Shown here in pieces: positions 52,312 through 64,000 of a DNA stretch of 64,000 nucleotides. Below the pieces are notes generated by a model that did not search any database, had not been told where the DNA came from, and worked only from the letters and a program-made list of their open reading frames with translations. The stretch covers positions 116,560,001 through 116,624,000 of the forward strand of contig NC_042998.1 in NCBI RefSeq assembly GCF_006345805.1. The letters are read 5' to 3'. Each line of letters starts with the position of its first letter. Position 1 is the stretch's first letter. Both the position numbers and the translations under genes were made by a program. The stretch is from Octopus sinensis. Taxonomy: Eukaryota.

Positions 52312-52602
52312 TCGGCTTCACTTAACTTACGTTGAAGTGTTCAGTCTGCCAAAACATTACATAGATGGTGCTTTTCACAATGAAACAGCTTACTTTCCAT
52401 GTACCTTACTTTTTGCAATACGGATACCTCTACGTTCTCATTCGTTATCCAATTCTCTACATCCGTAGGTCTAGGTCATTTTGTGGGCATTTTTTAGGAT
52501 TTCATTATAATCTAATTTGCTATTCTACTCATAAGAAAGAAACGAATAATACAATATGGCTGTTGGCTATTACACCCGGGCAACGCCGCGATGCATTGCT
52601 AG
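51660..52602 (+). mobile_element. Helitron 3' portion including terminal hairpin and CTAG
   Basis: acccgggcaacgccgcg hairpin (52574-90), then CTAG at 52599-602, about 290 bp after the helicase end. The 5' TC end was not identified. Confidence 0.8.
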
Positions 52603-55174
52603 AATATATGTATATACATATATATATATATATATGTATGTGTGTAAGCACACACACACACACATAAATTATGTTCGCGATATTTTCAAAGGAGACAGTA
52701 CAACCGTATATGATTCTTCAAGTACTTTAATTCTGTGTATGTACATATATTTACTAGATTGCTGATACTTATCAATGGTTTCTTCAATTGTGTTGATGCG
52801 TCATTTTCTATCATTAATAAAACTGTCGGCAATTTTGTAGTCATGGCTATGCTAGTATTAAAGAAAATAATAATGTTAACGCTAATGTACGCTAATGTTA
52901 TATTAGGATCGGTAACTGGAGGAAACAATACTGAAACTAATAATAGCAATCAGTAACAACAGTCATTGCAATAAAACTACCAACTTCAGTCACATTAATA
53001 GATGCAATGGCAATGATGACAATTATAATAATAATTACAAGAATAAGCAAACGGTGACGAGATCTGACAGTAATGACAGAATATTGTTTCCAATGGAATT
53101 GTAATAAGAAAGATAGAACTGCTGCTGTTCGTCACGATGGTGATACTGGAGGTAGTGTTGATGATGATGATAATGAAAATGAAAACACTTGCTGGAAATT
53201 TTGTGTCTGCATATCAGGACGTTTATAAAATTTATTATGTTAGGGATGTCTATATACCTATCAATTTTATTGAGTCATTGCCTACGGAAAATTTAGTTGC
53301 TACTCTCGTTCATTCATAAAACGGCATAAGTGCCCGGAAAGTATAGTTCTGTGTGAATTGTTAAATATTCGATGGTGCATTTCGTAAATATGCGAGAAAG
53401 AAGCTGTAAAACATCCTAATTCTACAAGGCTAATTAATTAAACAGGATAGCTTAAATCCAGCCATTTGGTTTCACAATAGCATGATCATAGGATTATTAT
53501 AAACTAACAGATCGCATTTTCCCTAGTTCTTTGAAATTTCATATGCATATTTAAAAAAAAAACTTGTTTAAATTGCTTGATGACATGTAGCACTATTGCT
53601 GATCATTTTGATTTGGCAACCTAGTACTGTGTTACTAATATATTTTTCGTTTCTTTTTGCTGTATTTATAATAAATCTTCTTCTTGTCTATATTTGACAC
53701 ACTGAAGCATGATATAAGCGATATGAAACTGCTAATTCATTAGGTCGTAGGCTTGATCAACTTAGTACACACTATAGAATATTCTATTGTCAAATCTGCA
53801 CTATGGACCATATAAATTCTCATCGACTGTAACTCCAGTATCAATAAGTAATATAATGCATTGGTATCAAATTTCAATTTTATAGACTAAGATAGGAAAC
53901 GACGGTCTTCCTCAAGTATTTACGACTAGTTTTATTGAATCGAATTAAATTAACGATACGTGTAAAGAGAGACAAAACATTATTCACAGGATTATTATAG
54001 CTTCCCGTTAAGATGCGTACCGAACCATTAAACAAGAGGATCTCATATGCTCACTGCTGAATATTCAGAACTATTGAACCTGACTTAACAGAAGATAAAT
54101 AGAGCGAAGTTGCCGAACAAATGTTCAGAATAAAACTGACATTACTTCACGGCGATATCTGACTCTCATTGATTTCATTCTCCTTGACGCCATATCTGCG
54201 ACACAATAACATAGAATAACTGCTTTTTACATAGCAACGTATCTTGTGTAAGAAACAATTGTTGAAAACGTAAGACAAACCGAACAATAGTTAAACTACA
54301 AAAGGCTTCAGACAAAGACAATACGTCCATTAAAACAGAAGACCAACAGGGAAATCAACATGTGAAAGCAGAGAAGAAATGAACAATGACTATAACTTTC
54401 GTTCGACAGATTCTTCTCTGATTTTATCATTGGAATACAAAGACAAGCGAAGTAGCAAAGAGTGAAATCAGTAATAAAACAATGCAAAACCAATATAGAA
54501 TAGTTTCATTTGCATAGTTACATGTAAAAACAAAAGTTTACTGTTTAATTAAATCTTTAATGTAAGTCAATAAAAATAATATCGTTTTATGTGAAGAAGA
54601 CCTTACGTACATAACCCACACGCATCTGTGTACTATACAATACGAAGATACCCAACATTTATTGATATATTTATATCTGTATTTACTTATTTCTAAATGT
54701 TTTCCGAGAGAGAGAGAAGGGGAGGAAAAATGAGTGGGTGAGAAAAAGATAGAATGAGGGAGAGAAAGAGAGAGAGGGAGAAAGACTGGCAGACAAGCAG
54801 ACAGACAAACAGTGATGCAGTGAAAGGGAGAGTGATGGAAATAGACAGTGCATTAAATGACATTGGTATGTTAAGTGTACGTTTTACGTTCTCAAAAATG
54901 TATTGATTTTAGAAATGGTTCGCGCATTAAAACAGATGTATCAGAAGAGTGGTTTTCATTTGCGGAAGGTAGATCAATATGTGACCTAGATTCTACTTTC
55001 GTTAAGCCGTTTCGTCTGTTTTCTTTGAAATATTCTATCCTTGTCCATTTTCCTTGAAAAGATTCTTCACGGACCATAATTAATGTTTTACATAAGGAGG
55101 CTCCAAAAATAACTTTCTGCTCTATGCAACAGTACATAAATAAGAAACTCAACAAAACGAGCAATCATGTAAAG

Positions 55175-55246
<72 letters not shown>

Positions 55247-55364
55247 TACATATACATATACATATACGTGTATAACATCAACACTACAACAGACCTTTCT
55301 AATATAAACTCGTCTCCTAGACTTTGCAGGTGGGTAGTAGACACGTACATCAACTCTAATTCTC

Positions 55365-55680
55365 AACCAGTAATAATTTAATTGGCCCTAAGAGGAGGAA
55401 AATCCGAGTTGATCCCGTTGGTACTTGAAATCAGAAATATGACAGCCGAAATATTGCTAAGCATTTTATCGGGTGCTAAATTTTCTGTTAACCCGCCGGC
55501 TAAATAGTGGCTTCAAATTTGGCGAAGTGTGAACAGTTTTTGAAAAGTGAAGTTGATTATATTAACATCAGTACTTGACTGGTATATCACGGCGGAAATT
55601 GACCTCAGACAAAAGAACGGACAAAATGCCTTTAAGCATTTTAACGGGAATGTTAACTGCTCTTCAATCTCGTCTATTTA
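55365..55680 (-). mobile_element. Two tandem diverged SINE family A copies
   Basis: Two successive gaaatattgctaagcatttta / aaaatgcctttaagcatttta head motifs, each with a truncated body. Confidence 0.7.
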
Positions 55681-56139
55681 ATAACCCCTAGTATAGGCAC
55701 AAATTAGTTATCCAACAAATTAATGTGCGGGAAACTGATTATAGTGAATGATGCTTCCACAGAAGAGCACAAACTTTTAACATAGGCTAGTTGTCCACAA
55801 TGTGATGCAGCATAGGTTGGTGTGTGAAGCAATCCTTTACTGAAACCCAAATTATAGAGCGACCGTCACTATCGTTATCCTCCGCTCTCTATCCTCATCA
55901 ATGTTTCTCTCTCTCTCTCTCCCTCTCTCTCGATATATATATATACATTTATTATAGTCTTTCATACTCACATTCTTTGTATATATATTATCTCACACGT
56001 ATAACTAGAATTTTCTTTAAAACCTCGTCCTTTCAGATTTATTTCCATTTTATGATACACAGGTTATAACATTCACAATGCCTCGCTTCCATATCATGTT
56101 TTCTGAGTGGGTAAAAATGATGAAACTTTACACATCTAT

Positions 56140-56263
56140 TCCTTTATTCCTTTATTCTTTCATTTGTTTCAGCCATTTGATTGCGGCCATGCTGGAGCAC
56201 CGCCTTTAGTCGAATAAATCAACCCCAGGACTTATTCTTTGTAAGCTTAGTACTTATTCTATC
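56140..56263 (-). mobile_element. SINE family B, 3' fragment
   Basis: catttgattgcggccatgctggagcaccgcctttagtcg...gacttattctttgtaagc matches 21560-21655. Confidence 0.9.
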
Positions 56264-57699
56264 TCAAGAATATTTTTCTGCAATATATTCTAGTATTCAT
56301 GATTCATAAATGCCTATTCATCATGGAAATATATACATCAATATGCCAAATTTGAACATTTCAAAATTTCAAAAAAATCCCCTTCTCGCAGTCTCTTTCT
56401 CTCCTTCTCTCTCTCTCTTGCTACATATATATGCCTCTCTCTTTCATTTTCTCATGGCAACGTTTTTCACTGTGTTAGACGTGTGCCGCTTACACTGCAT
56501 TTGTGTGTTTGACAGCGCATGTCTATATACTTGATTCGAAAAAGGTAGCTAACATATATATATATAATTTATCAAACTAGTGTTTCAAGAGGAAATTTGA
56601 TTTCAGGTTTAAATAGTTTATGTATGAATACAATTTTATGAGCATCATCTTTCATAATCTAAAATTGTCACAAGGGGTATAATATCGCAGCATTATAAAT
56701 TATGTCAGGTACGGCCTTTTACTCAGTAGTAAATTACATATGTGATATTTGCTGATTTCTCTTTGACATCAGTGCAATCCATGAACTACAGTCATCTGAA
56801 ATCATAGCTTGATCCCTTATTATCTAGTCAGGTTTATCATCTTCTAGGTGAGCGTGTTGAGAAATGGTGAAGAATTTAAACTAAAATACACTTGGATGGT
56901 GAAGCAATATGTGATGTGTAAATATAGTGTTTGACACTGGAAATCATTCAATGCCTTATAAATTGTCGTCGCTTCAGATAATGTTACTTTAACATATCTG
57001 GGATAATTATGAATGGAGTGTAAGGTATGTCACAGGAAATGTTCTAAAGAGAATGCTTACTGAAAACGTGAGAGAGGGACATAAGGAGGAAGCGTGAAAA
57101 GAAAAAAAAAATGAAATAAGAAATGATATAATTTGACGGCATAAAATTGCCACCTGTAATTTATAATTCTCGTTCTTCATAAGACGTATGTTTTGGAATA
57201 TTATAAGCAATTTCGGATTAGCATATAATGGAATACGATAGAATCACATAAGATTTTTCATTACCAGTATTATTTTCCCTGTTTTATAAAGGAGAATATA
57301 AAATAGAGTAAGAAAATGAAAAAAAATATTTTACAGTGTTCTCAAATATGGAAACATATTAGGAAAAACAAAATGAATGCAAATGAGTTGAAAACTCCAC
57401 CTAAATTCAATCGGAAAGATTGAACGAAACGTGTTTATGTATCATAAACGTTATTGAGAATGGGATTTGGTAGGGGCAGATATTCGATGTGGTTGAATGT
57501 GCGACCGTGTAAAGAAGATGAAAGTCTCATTGAGCTTCAAGTAGAAATGACCATGCTCATAAAGAGTGAAAGGAACATTCTCAGAAGTGCAAACAATCAT
57601 ACGCGCGCGCACCCTTTTCACCCGCACGCACAAATACAGAAATAAATATACAGGCCCATATAGAAATATATAATAAATGGTTTCAAAGTTTAGAACAAG

Positions 57700-57881
57700 A
57701 TCAGTACTTTCTGCAGCGGATAAGTCGATCACATTGATCCGAGTGTTCAACTGGTACTTATATTATCGACCTCGGTATGCCGAAAGGGAAAGGCAACCTC
57801 GGCGTAATTTGAACTCAGAACGCAAAGACGGATGAAGTACTTTTTGCCCAGTGTGGTAAAGAGCCTGCCAGCTCACCGCTT
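57700..57881 (-). mobile_element. SINE family A
   Basis: gtcgatcacattgatcc...ctggtactta...ggcaacctcggcgtaatttgaactcagaacg...gccagctcaccgctta. Confidence 0.85.
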
Positions 57882-58014
57882 AATGAGATATAATTTAAGA
57901 AAAAATAAAATACTACAGAGAAAGGGAAGTATCAATTGCTAATAGAGATACATTTTCGAAGGGACAAGTAAATAATGAAGGGTTGAGTAATTATTGGTTT
58001 CATAGTTTGGAAAA

Positions 58015-58210
58015 GAGCCAGTAGCTTTCGATGAGGGGGAAAATTCAATGATATTTACGTCAATAGTTCACGGGTACTTATTTTATCTACTCCGAAACGA
58101 TAAAAAGTAAGTCGTTTTCGGTGGAATTTGAACTTCGAACGTAAAACCAAGCGAAAGGCTGCTAAGCATTTTGGACAGCGTGCTAAAGATGCCGCCAGCC
58201 ATCCGCCTTA
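58015..58210 (-). mobile_element. SINE family A
   Basis: ggtacttattttatc...cggtggaatttgaact...gctaagcattttggacagcgtgctaa...ccgcctta. Confidence 0.85.
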
Positions 58211-59979
58211 AGATGTGAGTTTATAATGAAGGAAGTTAATAATGCAAATGAAAATGGAGAAGAAAATTCGTTGGGAAAAGAGAAATAGAAGAAAGAAAAG
58301 CGAAGCATAAAGACAGAATAAGTGACGGAATTGGTCCGTTTTGTTGACACACGCTGAAGGGCAATTATATGTACAATCATATGAATGCAGATACGCATTA
58401 ATTAAAACAAAGAGTGATCTTATGCTACAAATATGGTGAGGTACAGGATGTATAGATGCAGTCAAAGCTGAAAGTATCCATATGTTCCTCATTAACATTC
58501 TAATGTTTATGAGAAATTTAAAGATGAAAATCAAGTCGTAGATGTACGTAAATCTGATGTATGTATACATCAGATGTGCATATGTACATTCACAGAGACC
58601 TCCTCTAGGCACACATGTGAAGAGAGAAGGAAAAAGAAATGGAATGAGAGAAAGAACAAGCAGTGAGAGAATGGAGGAGAAAGAATAGGTTACAAGAAAG
58701 TAGTAACAAACAGGGACGGTGAGTTTAATAAATTAGAATAAAGAACTACGATACAGGATCAAGAGAATGACGAAGACGGAAATCTATGTAAAGGAACAGA
58801 AGACGGGTAAAATGAACGAAAAATTACGAAGAGGGAAAATATGATTACATGATACTGCATCCATAATTATAATGCGTCTATTTATTATTTATTCCGAGAT
58901 AATCTGTGACCAAATAGATATACGATAAAATTCCTTGCTCGCGAAGATAACACAATACTATGCGCTTTCAGAATGGTTTTCACTGTCCCTCTCGAAGTTC
59001 GAATGAAAAAAACACAGTATCCACTTCTGTCCTTAGACTGATATTCCGTGAGATATTTATACGTACCCACTTAGGTATACATACATGCACACACTCACAT
59101 ACATACATACATTCATATGTACATACAAGCATACATACGTATATACATACATACACACGCACACACACGCAAGCGAGCACACACACATGCACGCATACCT
59201 ACATACACATATACATGCATACATATATGTGATTTAGAGTTCGGATACTGATATGTATCTTTCTTTATAATATATATCAATAGTGATAGTTATGTCGTTT
59301 TAGTTACCATAATAGCGAGTGATGGGAATTCTGTGTTACCCATTTTCTTTTCACGTAAAAACGTCTTTTTTTACATCTGAATATACCTCAAACTCCTTTC
59401 TACATGATTTTGATTAAAAATTCTCTGATACGCGCTTTCTAATGTCCGCTGTGTTGGCGCGCTTACGAAGCTGTGACAACGAAGCCGCACGCTGCTTTAT
59501 TATAATGTTTTTTTCTTTTTTGCTATGAATAACACTGTATCAATATCAACTATGCTGGCGCATTCACCCAAACTTGATGTCTAAGCCGCTCGCTGATATG
59601 TTAGAAGGCAGCTCCTAACATAGCTTATTGGTGCTTACTGGAAATTATTTCAAGGACAAATTCAAGCACTCCACTACAATTATCAGTTGTGAGAAATAAA
59701 TGTCGGTTAATACTGCTACTATATAAACCTGAAAATTGCTGAAAGCATGAAAGCTCTTGACTTATCATAATATGTAACATTATAAAATTGTAGACTACAA
59801 AAATAAAACATATAAGCGCGACTGCACTTGAATTTCATCGACTAATATATTTACCTGGACACGATCATACGAAATCTAAGATATATTTAACTTTGAACTT
59901 GTCCTTATTGGAGCTAAAATTGAGCATCGCTTAGAAGAAATTTTATCGAATGTCTCAAGCCCAGTGATTATATTTTTTA

Positions 59980-60296
59980 AACCTGGTACTTATTCTTTCA
60001 GTCTCTTTGCCAAATGACTAAGCTACTGGGATGTAAACACATAAAACTCTAATTGCCAAGCGGTGGTGGTGGTGGACAAATATATACACACAGTCACACA
60101 TAGGAACACACTGCCCCCCCTTCCCACACACACACATACGACGGGTTTCTTACAGTTTAGATTACCAAATCCATTCACGAGGCATTTGTCGGCCTAAGGC
60201 CATAATAAGAGACACCTGCTCAAAGTACTACTCAGTGGCACTGAACGCAGATCTCAGTAGTTAGGGAGCAAGCATCTTATCATACAGCGACGCATA
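59980..60296 (-). mobile_element. SINE family B, diverged, with internal CA-rich segment
   Basis: ggtacttattc...gatgtaaacac...ccaaatccattcacgagg...gtcggcc...catacagcgacgc. Confidence 0.8.
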
Positions 60297-63196
60297 TTTA
60301 TATATCAGTCGTGATTTGCCTGAAAATACTGTACGACAATAAGCAGACCTAAATACCGATATTACCTAACAAAACGTCATGTAGTCCTTTCTCGCTTCTC
60401 TTTTTACCATCAGGGACACCTTCATTCCTAACTTCAATTCTTCGCCTTATTGAAATCATAAGTATTAGCATTCAATAATTAACTCTTGTAATTCGAATCA
60501 GAGCAAATATTAGAGCTTGTAATAATTTAATCGTAACGAAATTTCACCTTTTTAATAAATATTTCTTTTTCGTTTTCTTGCCTTTTACTATAATTCGATA
60601 AGTCCATTAATACAACTTTTTCCAGCTTGCTATGTATGCTGCAAACGGGAGAGAAAATACGACCTTCCGCATTGTTCACATTAGCTCTGCAGAATGAATC
60701 CTTTATTTTTTGTCGCTACAGTTTGGATAAATATTTGGTTCTAAAGAGAATGTTGTTGAAAGATTAGCAATCTGATGTGGCAACGCTTTCTTTAAATCTC
60801 TCACACACGATCATTAACACATACACAAGGACACGTGTATGTGAGGTGGGATCATTGCAAAAATTTCCAAAGTTTGCGGGTCATATTTCTTCATTTTCTA
60901 ACGATTCTGTACAGACCTTTGTTTTAGATGTTGTTAGTCTTACTCTTCCACAATCCCGTCTCTCGAAATATAGGCATTTTCCCATCATCTACCAAAATGA
61001 GCTCAAAGCTAATATCAATCACATCAACCTCACCAGCCTCTGCTTTGCTTCTATAACCTTTCTCCTGAAATATTTCAGTGAATAATTATTAACTATTATA
61101 TTAAAAAAAATGAACACATTATTTAAATAGCATTTGCCTACTTGGGAAATAACATTTTATCCATTAGCAACTATTTCAAATTTAATATTTTCCTATTGTC
61201 AAACGTTATTTTTCTTGTATATCTCCTCTTAACTTTGATATTTTGTATGTTGATTCCTTTGTCTTCTGGCTTCTTTCTTTCGCACAATGCTATTCTTTAA
61301 AAGTTTCTTCGTTTAACCAAATTATATTAAAACAAATGAATACATCTGTGTTGAAAAGAAACAAATAATAATTCCCCGCAGTATGCCCTTCTACAAATTC
61401 TAGAAATACATAACAAAAGAATAGAAAGAAGAAAAAACCTCTGGTGTTTTTCATAAGATTTTGCTTCATTTCTTTGAATTGAATAACAACAGCTAACAGG
61501 AACCCAATAAGCTTGTTCGATAAAAGAACAAAATAAAAGACGTCAAAGACAATGAAATGATGGAAAATAAACGGAAAGCAGACAATAGTTCAGAGTCTGA
61601 CATAAAGGTTGTAGCTACTGAATAGGTCACTAGATATTAAGCGAGTCATATGATTAGGAAATTTTCTTGAAGTAATTTAATCACAAACTTAAGAGTAAGA
61701 AAAACGTCACCTTCCACTGTATTTCAAAATGGCTGAATGATCATTGTACGGATACGTAAAACTCGTATATTGAATTTATTCGTGTGGATGGAGAAAGACA
61801 GCAGTATATTTGAAATAATTTGAAGTAATGTTCATTGCAATGAGAAACACATAAAATTCAACATGCAATTAGAATCTCAATACAGTTCATTTTACGCTTT
61901 GGAAATTCTAATTAAGTTTAGAAATTCAAGGAATTAGAAAAGAAAAAGGATTATGCGGAAAAAATGGAATATCTTGACATCTGAATTGCTGCTTGTATTA
62001 TTTCAATTAAATTGTGTAGGATGCAACACACACTTTGTTAAAGATCTTTTCTTCGTCTTTTTTTTTATATTTTGGGCGTTTGATATTGTCACTATTGTAA
62101 TTTAGTAATTTAAAGAAATCTTTGATAACACAAAATCTGAATGCTGGTCAGCAAATTCATAAAAGAAAATGGTAAACAGAAAAAAATTAATCAAATAAAA
62201 CGTAACTGAACAGGTACCTCTTATAATTGATCATTCAAATTATGTTCACAATGTTGTGTTTCAGTTCTTTTCTTTAACACAGCAGCCTGCCTCCATTCAA
62301 CATCCTATGCAACAAAATGAATACTAAAAGGATATTTTACGAGTGTATGTAAGTTAAAGGTTGTGCGACATATAAATTGAATTTTGGAATAGAGAATGCC
62401 TTTTGTTAAGTTTATCAGCAATTAATTCTTTTCTGCTTAATTATTTTTGCTTCAAATGAAATAAGATTAATTGGGGCCACTGACGAAGTTATTTTGACAA
62501 CAAGCCAGTGATTATATTCCAATCCATATGTAGTCGAATACAATGGATATTTACCATAAAATTATGGCAAGGATGCAATTCATTTAATATTTAGTAAGTT
62601 GACTTTATATTCAACTACATGATGAGCAAATTTATGAGGGGCAGTAATATACATTCATCTGCTAGCAACAAATGTATTCATAATCAGTTTTATTTCAAAG
62701 CAGATTTTCGTGACAGATGTAGTGTTTTCATGACTCTTATAGTTTTCCATGACTCAAAAAACCCAATATATCATCCAACTTGTAAATAAATAGATTGATG
62801 TGTATAAATAGGATGATATATTACGATATATAAGGACGAGATAATACAAATTATAGTGACGTTTTGGTTCTTTAAGCAAACGACAATGGTTTAAATATAT
62901 TGGTTTTAAATTACCTCTGTTATTGCGCACTAAACTCACTACTTTCAACTAAAGTGTACATACAAAGCGTGACGAAAGTATACAGGGAATTGAATTATTT
63001 AGCATGAGTTTTAGTTTGCTTGTAGTGAGAGCCATATTTTTGAAAATGTTCGGATCTGTATACTGTGCATTATCCGGCAAAAGTATTGATATGCATATGA
63101 TGTATATAATTTGGATTCTTTGCCATCAAATTTGAATTCTTTGCAATCAAATTTGAATTTTTCAATTATTGCCCAAGCCTTGAAAAAAAGAGAGAC

Positions 63197-63551
63197 TTAA
63201 ACTACATCAGCCGTAAGGGAATACATGTCTATCTTATCTACTCTTCCAGTAGAGCCCTCCAATTGATATCTGAAAAGTTTGATGAAATAACTCATGAACA
63301 CTGCGATAGCGTCTACCAAAAGATGCACCATTACGTCGACCCATCTGAACAAGGGTAGATAATAACCGAATGATTCTTTTTCTATTATCTCCCCTTGTTC
63401 AGATGGGTCGACGTAACGGAGCATCTTTTGTTAGAAGCTATCACAGTTTTCATGAGTTATTTCATCAAACTTTTCAGATATCAATTTGTGGGCTCTACTG
63501 GACGAGTTAGATAAGATAGACATGTATTCCCTTACGGCTGATGTAGTTTAA
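63197..63551. mobile_element. Fold-back MITE-like element (355 bp; 168/169-bp arms, 18-nt loop), TTAA at both ends
   Basis: 63197-63364 matches the reverse complement of 63383-63551 with 10 substitutions and 1 indel; the outer 43 bp are identical. Confidence 0.9.
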
Positions 63552-64000
63552 CTGTTTTTTTCCAAGGCTGGATCACCAATTGAAAATTCAAATTTGATGG
63601 CAAAGAATCCAAACTAGATCGAAAACATCTATAATAGGTAAACGTCTTGCCAAGCAGTTGTTCGATTCGTTTTGTAAGAATGTGAAAAGAAGAGCACTGC
63701 TTACATACGAAATGCTGAATCATTATTGTTTCGCACATCGGATTCCAATTATTTTGCTGTGAGTAACAGAACGTAATCATGAGAAAATAGCTGTTATTGA
63801 CACAGCTGCGAGTACAGTAGCAAAATACTTCCCTAAAATAGTCTTCATAATGGTGGGCACATTCATTGGTTAATGCAGTTAATGTACCTCGTTCCGGCGT
63901 GACCTAACAATCGAAAAGACAATGCGATTGGCAATAGTACTCTAATTTTACACTTAAAAAAATGAGCCCATATTGTGGAGAGAAATGCTTTCACAGATAA

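Noticed and set aside
60830-61080. Minus-strand ELILVDD as an RT (Y)ADD motif of an RTE LINE
   Set aside because: A single weak motif without flanking RT similarity.
1-64000. CRISPR arrays, rRNA, snRNA or prokaryotic operons
   Set aside because: No regularly spaced repeat-spacer array or recognisable structural RNA gene; the sequence is eukaryotic repeat-rich DNA.

Overview
AT-rich eukaryotic genomic DNA, most likely an octopus or other coleoid cephalopod (inferred from the SINE families and the dense (TA)n/(CA)n/(GA)n/(TATG)n microsatellites). I find no intact, recognisable host protein-coding gene; most ORFs in the supplied track are translations of microsatellites. The window is intergenic or intronic and dominated by repeats. 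It holds: a full-length degenerate Tc1 transposon (2296-3522, -); a full-length degenerate mariner (32877-34132, +) and a 3' mariner fragment; a CR1/L2-group LINE (about 27230-29533); a HERO-like RLE non-LTR fragment (about 17715-18660); a Helitron helicase remnant with its 3' terminus (about 51660-52602); a probable solo LTR inside a (TA)n array (37027-38212); Penelope-like remnants; a non-autonomous element with 93-bp TIRs (25401-26795); a 355-bp fold-back element (63197-63551); and about 20 SINE copies. The most interesting observations are: a minimal hammerhead-ribozyme motif at 1625-1659; a recurring circularly permuted hammerhead-like motif (C-GAAA-N25-CTGAWGA-AG) at four loci from two unrelated repeat families; a 99%-identical direct-repeat unit (R-U-R') embedded between (TA)n arrays; and (TA)n-centred palindromes. 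All alignments were done by eye, without tools.
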